Below, in pieces: positions 10,401-21,300 of a stretch of 38,376 nucleotides of DNA. How positions within the stretch are numbered: position 1 is the first letter of the stretch; every line of letters begins with the position of its first letter. The position numbers and the translations under genes were made by a program. The DNA is from Thermoplasmatota archaeon (lineage in GTDB: Archaea; Thermoplasmatota; Penumbrarchaeia; Penumbrarchaeales; Penumbrarchaeaceae). The stretch is from positions 1 through 38,376 of the forward strand of contig CBDDUX010000054.1 in the NCBI GenBank assembly GCA_965234725.1, read 5' to 3'. The notes below the pieces were generated by a model. That model worked only from the letters and a program-made list of their open reading frames with translations. It made no database searches and was not told the origin of the DNA.

Positions 10401-11046
10401 ATAGATAGGAATCATCAATTTCTAGACTCCCATTGTTAGATGTATATTTAATTTCACCATAATTATAATCATAGGTCATATTGAAGGCCGAGTTGGAAAT
10501 AAATAAATGATTAAAATCCTTAAAAAGCATTGATTCACTAAGCTTATCTGTTGAAAAGAATGAAGAAATGATCCTAATATCCATAGAATTGATTCCCTTG
10601 AATACCAATTCTGAAGATATTGATAAATTTTCTAATATTACATGAGTATTATTCATAAAAACCAATCTGTAATTATCCGATGTATCCCAGTCAATATTGG
10701 ATATCATGAAAAAGGAAGTGGTATTTTTCACAATTATTGAATATTCATTCATGTCAAGGTCGGAGATCAAATAGGGATCATTTTCTGTTCCATTTCCTGA
10801 GATGTGTGAATATTTTTCGAAATCTTCATCTCCATCTATTACGAGGTCCTGATCCATGGAAATTTCTGAAGAAAACATTTCTGGCTGTGAACCATCAACA
10901 ATATCGGTATTTTGAAAAATTATAATGAAAGAAAAACCGATCAGTATCGTTGTGATGAAGATTGTTATTACGAACCTGAATTCTTTCCTACAACCGGTTT
11001 CATCCATGGTACGATCTCTCCCAAGATGGCATTCATTCCGGTTCAT
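7417..11046 (-). CDS. Large surface protein: NosD-like right-handed beta-helix, multiple Ig-like domains and a C-terminal TM
   Basis: N-terminal hydrophobic helix; GNGTENDPYLIS and GNYWD...DGNGVVDKP motifs typical of beta-helix surface proteins; repeats of the form GxHxxxxxAxDxAGN / VDxxxP; TM followed by RKKKK and a Pro-rich tail. The start may instead be ATG 11007, which has GGGAG upstream. Confidence 0.85.
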   Translation of the reverse strand: MNRNECHLGRDRTMDETGCRKEFRFVITIFITTILIGFSFIIIFQNTDIVDGSQPEMFSSEISMDQDLVIDGDEDFEKYSHISGNGTENDPYLISDLDMNEYSIIVKNTTSFFMISNIDWDTSDNYRLVFMNNTHVILENLSISSELVFKGINSMDIRIISSFFSTDKLSESMLFKDFNHLFISNSAFNMTYDYNYGEIKYTSNNGSLEIDDSYLYKFNLITDVTGSQIIHNSTFMNSYLSPEKMSNMSMISDNYFYKGGLNLASSVYEYIYGLINNNSFHSCYKAVRIIGDDYLEKDRLIIKNNYFNHCDYGIHGWESSDCDVTGNFFNHSLVYGIYLIRSDGYKIWKNIFLKDGDSIQAGVNNEGTSYYDNDWNSVEVGNYWDHHLTPDMDGNGVVDKPCNISERNRDMIPVTNKNFDIDKPEIEFTSHSSGQVNRSYNRIKWETYDEFGIRRVEWNSSGSRVNVTGKDVISVFLEEGTHNLAIKCTDNNGLFNQNNLQLELERTYPVLIFTTLSDGYFLEYDPVPVQWDIVDYFPVAKQNFTIDGKKITLSTDTRSRNLDLNEGPHLVSVTLTDDLGLEITEKVEFTVDRKAPLIELSGPSSGSTISTRTVIFDCKIIETVGLDSAGYRLDNGEWIEVAGDFSFEKVLDYGDHEFYVEAVDGAGHTTVHEVSFQVSRGNLVEVLSPSNGTVFNTDTIDLEWTYGGKFIWSEAFLRVGTDSEFSSIGTSYESEMSFPKDGEYLITLKLVDEVGNYIQSNFRIIKDTKDPTVGFLDVDDINYINTWKMDLSWNAVDNNGIDHYELKIDERDWDHKGLETSSELGLTEGEHTISIRAFDLAGNIDEAEIEVIVDITPPELEFLDMDVFTSTGIEIEWECDDNYGIESMFITIEGLKQKDVLGKDSYSITLNQDGRYEVTLDATDLAGNLESISTVIVVDTTEPRAVWKGNPISIMNSTRITLEWEIDEDVGIKTMYLTVDGNRIDLDINDTSCTIDLEDGSHTISLTVIDIGGWQYILNYPKEVLIDTEDPTLQMVDKIVGKDGTASFSWTVTDVTQSDMKVMISLDGGDYIEVLGDSYKTDMLPPGDHTIKIKIIDKAGNEAEEIWSFTIEEEKDEVDGGSGGLIIIIVLIIVILIIIAGAVVLIIVRKKKKEAPEENPEPGVNVPSRPPGIGRQRIDNNMLAAPPVNRLQELPAANANQTSTDEENK

Positions 11047-11066
11047 GTAATATAATCATATTCGGT

Positions 11067-14000
11067 TCATGAATATTTTTCATCAGGTCCTATCTCCAAC
11101 TTAACCTCTTCAGCGGACCTCCTCTCTCTTCTGAGAAGGAGCAGGATGCCTCCGATTGTCAGGACCGTTGTCACTACTATCAATAAAATGAACCAGATCA
11201 TATCGTTATTTTTCTCATTACCGACAGGATCCGATCCATCAGGAGGTCCTGTCTGCTCTTCATTCTCCATCCCAACCAGTATATCGACATATGTGCTGAC
11301 GTTGTGTCCTGGAGTACCATCGTCTGCGAACAACGTGATCCTGTGATATCCATTTCTCAGTTTGATATCTGCCCTCGCCTTATTGGAAATCAACCCCGAG
11401 AGGTTTGAATACCATGTAAGGTGAATATCAGAGAACTCCCCCAATCCGTCATCAGTTGTCCCTGTCGCATCCAATCGGATCATATCGGGGGCATAGTGGA
11501 AGGATCCGTTGGCGGGTCTTGCAATTACTGGAACAGGAGGGTAGTTCACCGGTCTTTCCTCCACTTTGATCGATACGGTGCTGGATATCCCCTCTATGCC
11601 AACCCGATCCCGACACCTTGCCTGAAGTTCGATCTCGGAGGGATATACGGAGAGAACATACGAACCAAGAACTTCTCCATTTTCATCCACGGCAATAATA
11701 GAAACCCAGTCCTCCCAATCATCTTCAACCTCCCTCCACCTGATCTCTATCGTTTCTGGATCAACCCCGGATCCTCCGATGTCATGCGCTCTCACGCTGA
11801 CGTTGAGTTCCCCTTCAAGCAACTTATCTCCATCCAAGGGTCCCATGATCTTTATCGCGGGAGGTTCCATGTCGAAACCTATTGGGATCATTTCTGATTC
11901 ACCTGTGTTCAGGTTCAGGTCCGAGGCCCTGAACTGGATGAAACCTTTCCATCCGTTCGTACCGGTGATCTGAACGGAAAGATCTGCTGAAAGGTTCCCC
12001 TGTTCGGCCATCACTTTGATCCCTTTTCTGGTCCAGTCATCGGAAGGTTGTTCGTCTTCCTCCCATTTCCTGTATTGAATGCTTTTCAGATCAAGACTTA
12101 TCGGGTCTATTCCGGTGTCGACGGGATCGGAAACAGATGCGTTGATCACGATCTCTTCCTTACCATACCACCGGGGAGTATCCAAATGGAATTCCGGGGG
12201 TGTTCTGTCTATGTTCTGTTGATACCCCCAAGTTTCCGATACCCTGCCTGTCCAGTCCACTGCCTCAAGGGAGGTCCTTATCTCCGAATCTTCAATATCA
12301 GCATATGAGAATGATGATGCCGGATGGTAAACCCCTTCGGATCCGAGGAATCCGTATCTACCGAACGGGTCCTCCATTTTGATGGAGATCCTGGAATCGT
12401 CACCTCCGTATCTGTAATATATCTCGATGGGAACGAATTCGAATGCTTCAACCTCGTAACCGCCGAATATGGGTTTGGTGGTAAGATCGGTCCAGTTCAG
12501 GACCCTTTCCCCGCCCAGTAATACCTTGATCTCTCCTTTCCCCTCAAATACCAATCTTATGTTACCTGTTCTCTCCTGCATCAGCCATCCGTGCCACCTG
12601 ACGGAATAATCTCCGGGAGGGATCTCGCGGGGATTCGGACCCCATATTGCCCAGTCAAGATTGAATTTTTCTTCGATATGGGTGCATCTCTCCTCCATGA
12701 ATCTCCGATCCGTGAAACAGGTCGCCAAGAGTCCTCCCTCCTCCATCACGGGACCGTTGTGATAACTTTCACAATCCAGCTGATAGTACTTCACACCCGA
12801 TTCATCATTATCACCAATCTTTCCGAGTTGATATTCCCAATCCATTGTCAGGTTGAATGATTTCCCATAACCATCATCCATTACCAGGTTGTATGTGATC
12901 ATCTCCGGTTTCATGGGAGCTTCCCGATCCATGGGAATCCTGACATCCATTTCCATTCCGAGATCCGGAGGTTTGCTTCCGGGTAAAAGGTGATCCGGAA
13001 GGGCCAGGGATATCGAGAGTTTCTCTTCATCAATGTCCCTTGCAGTTGTTTCGACTATGGACGTTTCTCCGTTCAAGAACGAGTCCCTTACCTTTTCATC
13101 ATCTTCGAGCAGGATACTTACTGACCCGGGATGGGGAGTCCTGTTCGGGAATCCCTGGAAGATCACCTCCAATCCTGAAACTGCAACCTCCGATCCGGGA
13201 AGTGCGGTACCTCCAGTTTCCTCCAACGGGATCCCATCACCTGTCACAATCGGGGTTCCTATCAACTTCAGGTCCTTTCTGAAATCGATCCTATCCTTCA
13301 GGATCGAATATATTTCATCACCCAAGTCATCGATCAGGGTGACCTTCACATCCGTTTCTCCGTTGAAAGGGATGGACCAGTTGAAGTAGAGGTCCAGTTC
13401 ACAATAACCAATTCCACTTCCATTGTGGTGGAAACCGGAAGATAGTATCTGCACATCCCTCATGTCTCCAAAAAAATGTGCTTTGATATTTTGTCCAATC
13501 AAAAATTTCATTGTCTGTGAATCCTGAACGAATTCCATCTCCACCCAGGTAATATTATTTTTCTTATTGGTATCCAGGAATGATATGTTCCAGTTCGAAT
13601 TTCCAGACCTGCAGAAAATCCTGTTATTCTCCACTGCAGGTCCCATCACCTTCAGGTCCTTGAACCTGTAACCCGATCCGTAAATGATGAAGATCTCACC
13701 ACATCTTGGTCTTGAATTATTGACACCGTCTGCATATGGAGCGGAAATGATCAAATCCTTGAATCCATCAAGATCCAGGTCAACCATTTCCACTATCCAT
13801 CCGAAAGAGTCACCCTCATCGTTTGCCACGATGGTCAATTTATCCGAGGGATGGTCGAGAATGATATGGCCCTTCCCGGCTGAAAGCAGGGTTGAAATGT
13901 CGAAAAGATCCATCCAGCCGCTATTCAACCATGTTCTGTCGTCGACCCCTGTCTGAGTTCCCGCGTAATTGATCACTATCAGTTCTTTTACACCGTCCCC

Positions 14001-14804
14001 CTCGAGGTCTGAAACGATGAAATCCTTCCCGATCTTGTCACCGACATAATTCTTATGATCTTCTCCCTTGATCTTGTTTCCTTCCAGAACGTAATCGCTT
14101 ACCATATCTATCGTGGTTTGTAGGGGAAAACTCCGATTGTCCTTACCCATGATGATGTGGATCTCGCCGCAATTTGGTCTCAGATTATCCAAACCGTCCG
14201 CCTCGGATGCTCCCACAAGAATGTCATGCTTCCCGTCCCCATCCAGATCGTTCACAATGAGATGATGACAGAGCCTGTCCTTGGAATCGGTTTCGCCAAT
14301 ATTGCAGATCCTGCCCCCTGAATCGGAATCGAATATGATCTGCAGCATATTTCCCATGGCTTGGACCGTATCGTTGTAACCATTGCCATCTATATCGATT
14401 CCCGTGGATCGAGTTGGGAGATCGACGGGTTTGCTACCTTGAAAACGGTTTTTCTTCTCAAGATCGATCAGCGCCGGAAATCTTTCCCCGTTTCCCTCGA
14501 TGGTGTAGGATCTGTATCCTTCCGGGTCCTCTGCAGGGATCTCAATATTGTATCCTTTTTCGGTTTTTAAATTGGTGAATCGGAGACCGATCTGTGCGCC
14601 GTTGGGTTCTATCAAAGGTCCAATTATCCTTGTTCCGGCAATTTCTTCAATACTGACAGAACCCGAAAGTGATGTTTCCTCACCTTTTGCATTAATTGAG
14701 GATGTGTTGATATCAAACGGAATGGAAACTATCTGGAAACCCATTATAACCATCAATACAACTGTCAAGAAAGATGTGCCTCCCTTCCCAATGGCACTCC
14801 GCAA
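11067..14804 (-). CDS. Surface protein with FG-GAP (integrin-alpha-like) repeats, a PA14 domain, Ig/PKD-like domains and a C-terminal TM
   Basis: TTG start preceded by GGGTGA. FG-GAP units DLDGDGKHDILVGA and FGWIVEMVDLDLDGFKDLIISAPYAD...GEIFIIYG. PA14-like GLLAT..F...YSVRWHGWL...LLGGERVLNW. TM followed by RRERR. Confidence 0.85.
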   Translation of the reverse strand: MRSAIGKGGTSFLTVVLMVIMGFQIVSIPFDINTSSINAKGEETSLSGSVSIEEIAGTRIIGPLIEPNGAQIGLRFTNLKTEKGYNIEIPAEDPEGYRSYTIEGNGERFPALIDLEKKNRFQGSKPVDLPTRSTGIDIDGNGYNDTVQAMGNMLQIIFDSDSGGRICNIGETDSKDRLCHHLIVNDLDGDGKHDILVGASEADGLDNLRPNCGEIHIIMGKDNRSFPLQTTIDMVSDYVLEGNKIKGEDHKNYVGDKIGKDFIVSDLEGDGVKELIVINYAGTQTGVDDRTWLNSGWMDLFDISTLLSAGKGHIILDHPSDKLTIVANDEGDSFGWIVEMVDLDLDGFKDLIISAPYADGVNNSRPRCGEIFIIYGSGYRFKDLKVMGPAVENNRIFCRSGNSNWNISFLDTNKKNNITWVEMEFVQDSQTMKFLIGQNIKAHFFGDMRDVQILSSGFHHNGSGIGYCELDLYFNWSIPFNGETDVKVTLIDDLGDEIYSILKDRIDFRKDLKLIGTPIVTGDGIPLEETGGTALPGSEVAVSGLEVIFQGFPNRTPHPGSVSILLEDDEKVRDSFLNGETSIVETTARDIDEEKLSISLALPDHLLPGSKPPDLGMEMDVRIPMDREAPMKPEMITYNLVMDDGYGKSFNLTMDWEYQLGKIGDNDESGVKYYQLDCESYHNGPVMEEGGLLATCFTDRRFMEERCTHIEEKFNLDWAIWGPNPREIPPGDYSVRWHGWLMQERTGNIRLVFEGKGEIKVLLGGERVLNWTDLTTKPIFGGYEVEAFEFVPIEIYYRYGGDDSRISIKMEDPFGRYGFLGSEGVYHPASSFSYADIEDSEIRTSLEAVDWTGRVSETWGYQQNIDRTPPEFHLDTPRWYGKEEIVINASVSDPVDTGIDPISLDLKSIQYRKWEEDEQPSDDWTRKGIKVMAEQGNLSADLSVQITGTNGWKGFIQFRASDLNLNTGESEMIPIGFDMEPPAIKIMGPLDGDKLLEGELNVSVRAHDIGGSGVDPETIEIRWREVEDDWEDWVSIIAVDENGEVLGSYVLSVYPSEIELQARCRDRVGIEGISSTVSIKVEERPVNYPPVPVIARPANGSFHYAPDMIRLDATGTTDDGLGEFSDIHLTWYSNLSGLISNKARADIKLRNGYHRITLFADDGTPGHNVSTYVDILVGMENEEQTGPPDGSDPVGNEKNNDMIWFILLIVVTTVLTIGGILLLLRRERRSAEEVKLEIGPDEKYS

Positions 14805-15171
14805 ATATATTCACCCGATTCGAATCTATTCAATATCTTTTAAAGCATTCCGGTTCAGAATTGGAGATACGAGATAAGATCAAGCCACTTTTCAATACGA
14901 TAGGATCCCAACTCAATTCAAGAACCGGAAATTCTCTTGTTAAATAATTTTCATCGGTCCTTATAACCATTATCGATCTATCGAATGTTTTGACAATAGG
15001 ATCACATATTCAAATCAAAACCCTCCGGATAGCCAGTGGTTTTTACCTTCTTCAGCTAAAGCTGTATTAAATGTATGATAACGTTCGTATACGGGTGAAG
15101 GTATTCCCCTGTATTATTTTGCCCCGTGGACCCACTGGCCCCTATCTTTATTCCCAATAATTCACTTGATG

Positions 15172-15223
15172 ATAACATAATGTTATAGGAAATGGAAAAT
15201 TCCGTATACAAAATTTGCAAATT
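15172..15223. promoter_or_regulatory. Palindromic candidate operator sites in the AT-rich divergent intergenic region upstream of the synthase
   Basis: ATAACAT-A-ATGTTAT at 15172-15186 and AATTTGCAAATT at 15212-15223. Confidence 0.35.
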
Positions 15224-15363
15224 ATTTACGTCAATAAGTAAAAAAATGGAAAAATGAAAGTCATTTTGAAACATTAATTTTATTAACCTAATGAGGTTAA
15301 AGGAAAATGCGTCTTATCTAAAAAGTGAAGTCGCCCTCAAACCCCCTCCGGAGGATCTTCCCA

Positions 15364-18300
15364 ATGAGTCCTGACAGAGTAAACACCATACTGAGTATCA
15401 ATAGAGATGTAATTTTATACAGTTCACCGGCACAAAAGGATGTCAAATCCGTATTGGAGGCATCAGAAAAAGGTGCCTTAGGTGTCCTGGACATGGAATA
15501 CCTCGATGCTGCCTTCATTACCGAAGCGGTCACAACACTCAATGGTTCATCACTTCCATTCGGTGTCAGGATAGATCCCATGAGCGACAAGCTCATGACA
15601 CTCATGGCAGGAGATGTCCCCAAGGACATGAGGCTCCTGATCTCTATCTCCAAGGAGGGCCTCCCGGCAATGGTCAGGTCCGGTATTTACGATACCGCCC
15701 ATGAGATGAACATCAAGGTCTTCCAGGAGGTTTGTGCCAAGGAAGAGGCTGAGGATTCTGTTGAAGGTGGCTGTGACGGTCTTATCATCAGACCATACGA
15801 AGGTGGAGGAAGGGTATCCTCCTCGAACCTCGTTGATCTATTGAAGGAGATCCGTACCGTCTCCAAGAACGTTCCAGTCCTGGTCCGGGGAGGTTTCAGT
15901 TCAGATTCTATCGATAAGCTTGATGTTGAAGGCTATGTAGTCGACCAGGAACTACTCGGACCACGATCCCTTCCCGAACCAGTAAGGAATAGGATCTCCC
16001 AAAACAAGAATGTCTCCATTATCACGTTGATGAAGGACATTGGCAGGACAATGCGCTTCATTGCAGGGTCAGATGAGAAGAAGAAATTGGAGGCTCTCGA
16101 GAAGGATATGATGTCCGACGGTGCCTCACCCAAGGAGTTGTACAAGGCATTGAAGAAGGAGACCACCGAACTCCTTGAAGAGACCATGAATGGAAACGCT
16201 CTTCTTTATCCGGCAGGAGAATATGCACTTAGCGGACCTTCCATGGATCTTGATTCCATATTCGGTGGGCCAGGAACAATACACGCACACATCACCTCAG
16301 CAGAGGCCACTGTGGATGGAAAGCCTGTTCCAGCTGAATATCATGATAAATCCATTGCGATCGTCGGTATGGGCACTGTATTTCCCAAAGGCATAGGGTT
16401 GAATACATTCTGGAAGGCGGTCTTGGATGGTGTGGATGCTTGTATGGAGATACCTCCCGACAGGTGGGATTGGAGGCTTCATTACGATCCTGACCCGTCG
16501 GTTCCCAACAAGACCTATTCTAAAATAGGGGCATTCATCACGGATTTCGAGTTCAACTCATTCGATTTCAAGATCCCCCCCAAGGTTGCGGAACTCATCG
16601 ATCGTTACCAGAGGTACGGTCTGGTCGCAACAAAGGAAGCATTGAACGATTCCAAGCTAATGGAAACAAAAGGCCTGGATACTAACAGGGTTGGCGTGAT
16701 CGTTGCCAATTCAGCCGGGGGAGAGAACAGGGACTGGGTGGCTACCAGGATAAACTTCGAGGAGGTCCATGGATGGATGCAGGAGACCGATATCTGGAAG
16801 GACCTCCCCGAGGATGCCAGGAAGAAGCTCTACGAACAGACCAGAAAGAAGGTTGATGACAATACGATAGAGATCACAGAGGACACCATGCCGGGTTCCC
16901 TCCCTAACATCGCTTCCGGAAGACTGGCAAATATATTCAATTTCAGAGGGCCGAATATGATCACCGACGCCGCATGTGGATCGGCCCTTGCCGCAATGTT
17001 CGTTGCGAGGAATTCTCTCCTTCTGAAGCAAATTGATGCGGCTGTCTCCGGTGGGTTAGAGTCCTTGATGGCATCCCATGGGTTCGTTGAGTTCTGCAAG
17101 ATAGGTGCACTGACCCCCGACGGGTCCAGACCATTCTCCGATGGAGCAAACGGTTTCCTTATGGGAGAAGGAGCCGGTATAGTCATCCTGAAAAGATTGG
17201 ATGATGCGGTGGAGGCCGGAGACAAGATCTATGCTGTTATCAGAGGTATTGGCGGATCATCCGATGGTAAAGGAAAGGGAATAACAGCTCCCAATCCAGA
17301 GGGTCAGAGGTTGGCTGTTGTGAGGGCCATGGAGGATGCCGGAATAGACCGCAGCACCATATCCTTCATCGAGGCACATGGTACATCGACCGCTGTTGGT
17401 GACGTTGCTGAGGTCAATTCTCTGAAAACCGTCTTTGGAGGACTTCCCAGGAACTCAATTGGCCTCACCTCGGTTAAGTCCCAGATCGGTCACCTCAAAT
17501 CCGCTGCCGGAGTGGCCGGTGTTGTCAAAGCTGCAATGGCTGTTCATGAAAAGGTCCTTCCTCCCCAGATCAATTTTGACAAACCCAACCATTACATCAA
17601 TTGGGAGGAGACACCGTTCTATGTCATAACCGAGTCGAAAGATTGGGAGAGGATCTCTCCGGATATTCCCAGGAGATGTTCCGTTTCAGCTTTCGGGTTC
17701 GGTGGGACCAATTTCAATGTGGTTCTGGAGGAGTTCGACAGGGAAATCTATGATTCCTGGAAGAAGGCAAAGGAAGATACTGGAAAACCCTCGATCCCCC
17801 TTCCCGAACCAGAGGTAAAGACAGCAACGGTATCCATTGAAGCCGAGATCTCAGTTGACATGGATAAGGTAAGGGCGTACCTTGAAACGGAAGGCCACAA
17901 GGAAGGAGAAGCATTCCTTTTCTCATCGGATAATCCACTGGACCTCCTCAAACAGGCATCTGTATCCGTCGCAAAAGCTCGAGGTATCGTGGAAAAAGGA
18001 GGAAGGTTCAGGGATGCTTTCGAGATGCCCTCATATGATGGAAGGTACCGGCTGGGGATCATGGCAAAGGACCCTGACCATTACGAGAAACAGGTAGAGA
18101 CATTAAAGAAAGTGGGAATGAACGAGAAAGCCCTCATGGCCCTTGCCAACAAAGGTATATTCGTCGGGGATAAAGAGAGAATAGACCATGGTAAGGTCTG
18201 TTTCATGTTCCCAGGGCAGGGATCGCAGTACATCAACATGTTTCGGGACCTGGCGGAAAAATACAAGCCGGTCATGGAAGCGTTCAATGATGCTGACAGG

Positions 18301-21300
18301 GTCATGTCAGATCTGATAGAGAAACCTCTTTCTTCATATGTGTTCCAGGACCTGAAAAGGGGTGATGAAGGGTTCGACGAGGCGGCCGATACCCTTCGGA
18401 GGACCGAGTTCAACCAGCCATCCATGCTGACCGTGGATACAGCCATGTACAAGATGCTTTTGAGGCTGGGTGTCGAACCCGATCTGGTCATGGGTCATTC
18501 TTTGGGTGAGTACGGGGCCCTTATCGCATCGGGGATCATGAGCTTCGATGACGCGCTCAGAGCTGTTTCCGCAAGGGGAAAGGAGATGCGGGACCTCAAA
18601 GTGGATGATGTGGGAAAGATGGCCTCCGTGATGGCCGGACTGAAGGAGGTCGAAGAGGTCCTGAAGGATATCGAAGGTTATGTCATCCCTGCTAACAAGA
18701 ACTGCCACATCCAGACCGTTATTGCCGGGAACACGGAACCAATGGAGGAAGCTGTTAGGAAGTTCAAGGAAAAAGGGATCGAAACCGTTTTCATCCCTGT
18801 ATCCCACGCTTTCCACAGCGAGGTTGTAGCCCCCGCAAAAGTCCCATTGAGGAACTACCTATCGAAACTGGATATAAGACCTCCGAGGATTCCCATACTC
18901 TCCAATGTTACAGCCGATCTCTATCCCATGGAAGGAACTCCCGAGGAGCTCAAGGAACAGGTCCTCGACCTTCTGAAGGAACAGGTTGCACATTCCGTTG
19001 AGTGGATGGGAGAGATCGACAGGGCTTACAAGGAGGGTTGCAGGACATTCATCGAGGTCGGACCTAAAAGGGCCTTGACCTCCTTTGCATACAATCTGAT
19101 GGAAGATGATGTGAAGAAGGGACGGGTCTTCCCGATCACATCCAATCATCCCAAGAAAGGGGGGATACAGACCTTCAACGAGCTGGTTGCTTCACTGTGG
19201 TCGCTGGGATTCGATCTGAAGGTCCCTGACCTCAAGGATCAAAGCTACTACAACAAGGAGTTCATTGAGGCTTTCGAACCATTCACCACGAAGATGAAGG
19301 TCCCGGAAAAGAGGGTGTTCGAGGTTCCGATTGCCCAGGAGAAAACCAACCCGATATCATTCGAGACCTTCAGATCAGAGAATTCCGATCTCGTAGATGA
19401 GCTCCTTAAGAAGGTGTACGAGAGGATCCCCTCCAGTTCTTCCTCCAGCGAGTCATCCAGAATGGATGTCGATCTCACTGGTATCGGATCGACGGTCCCT
19501 TCAAGAAAAGGAGTCAAAGTTGTGATCTCCGGGGCTGCAATGGGCCTTCCAGGAACATTCAAAGGGGTCTTCGATCCCAACAACCTTGGTTATCTTGTGG
19601 AGGGAAGGAACCTCATCGGCAACATGGATGAAAGATACCTGGAAAGATTCATTGACAAGCATATAGTAAGACTTGACAAGAAACCGGACGGAAGCGCAGA
19701 AATGGTGACATTGAACCATCCATCCATGGTGGTGAAGCTCTCCGGAAAGCTGGGTTCCTTCGATCTTGTGGAGGAATTCGGTGTCCCGAAAGCATTGAAC
19801 GATGTTTTGGATATCACAACAAGGCTTGCTTTTGCCTCAGGTCTGCTGGCACTGAAGGATGCAGGTATTCCACTTGTGAAACGTTATGCACAGACCTCAA
19901 CAGGTTCCTTCCTCCCCGAGGAATGGGAGCTGCCGCTGGAGATGCAGGAGGATACCGGAATACTATTCGCCTCCGCATTTCCTGGAACGAACAATCTGAT
20001 AGACGAGTTGACATCCTACTTCGAAGCGAAGATGTCCAGATCGAGCAATGAGGAAAAGGCAAGGTTATACGAACAGCTCAGAGCAAAGGTGAAGGGCACA
20101 GATGCGGAAAAGGAGCTAGACGCCTGGTACAGTTCATCCCTAGAGGAACCTGAATCGAAGTACGATTTCCCCAGGCTCTTCATGTTCAAGGTCCTGGCCA
20201 TGGCCCATTCTCAGTTCGCTCAATATATCAAGGCCAAGGGACCCAATACCCAGGTGAACTCTGCCTGTGCTTCATCGACTCTTGCAATATCCATCGCTCA
20301 GGACTGGATACAGATGGGGCGCTGCAAGAGGGTCATAGTCCTTGGAGCAGATGACCCAGCCTCCGATACCATGATCGAATGGTTCGGTTCTTCCCTTCTT
20401 GCCATGGGAGCGCTCACACCGGAACGGGATGTGACCCAGGCAGCCCTTCCTTTCGACAGAAGGAGGAAGGGAATGATAATCGGCTCAGGAGCCGCTGCTC
20501 TTATCGTGGAAGCTGAGGAGGAACCGGGAAGAAGGGGAATGAATCCAATAGTAGAGATCCTTGGATCTCATATAGCAAATTCAGCTTTCCACGGATCCAG
20601 GCTTGACATCGCCCATATCGCCCGGTCCATGGACCATTTCATAACAGGTATGGAAAAGGAATGGTCAATGGACAGGAACGTGATGGCACCTGATCTGATA
20701 TTCATGTCCCATGAGACCTATACACCCGCAAGGGGCGGGTCCTCTGCAGCCGAAGTGGAATCACTGAGGAGGACCTTCGGAGAGAGATACAGGGACATCC
20801 TGATAATGAACACCAAAGGTTACACAGGTCATGCTTTCGGAGCATGCATCGAGGACCCGGTCTTGGTGAAATGTCTGGAAGAGGGCGTCTCCATTCCTCT
20901 TTCCAACCTCACTCCTGATCAGATCGATCCTCAGTTCGAAGGTCTCCAGCTTTCAAGCGGAGGTCATCACAACAGGCACTATGGACTGAGGATCGCCGCC
21001 GGGTTCGGTTCACAGCTGGCATTCCTTTTGATTAGAAAACCTGATACCAGTGGAAGGTTCAAAGATGATCAGAAGTATAAGTCCTGGCTCAACTCGGTGG
21101 CCACAACACAACCTGTGGAACTGGAGGTGTATCTGAACAATCTCAGGTTGAAGGACAGTGGAAGGGATAACCTCATCCCGCATATGGCCGTCAAAAGAGG
21201 ATCATCCGTCATTGGTTACAAAAAGGACACCATGGAGGATGTGGACCAGGAACGGTTCGATCATTACAAGGAAGGGGTCCTTGAAATATTCTCGAAGAAG

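Noticed and set aside
15056-15274. 72-aa minus-strand ORF in the synthase upstream region
   Set aside because: AT-rich, no motif or RBS; more likely promoter DNA.
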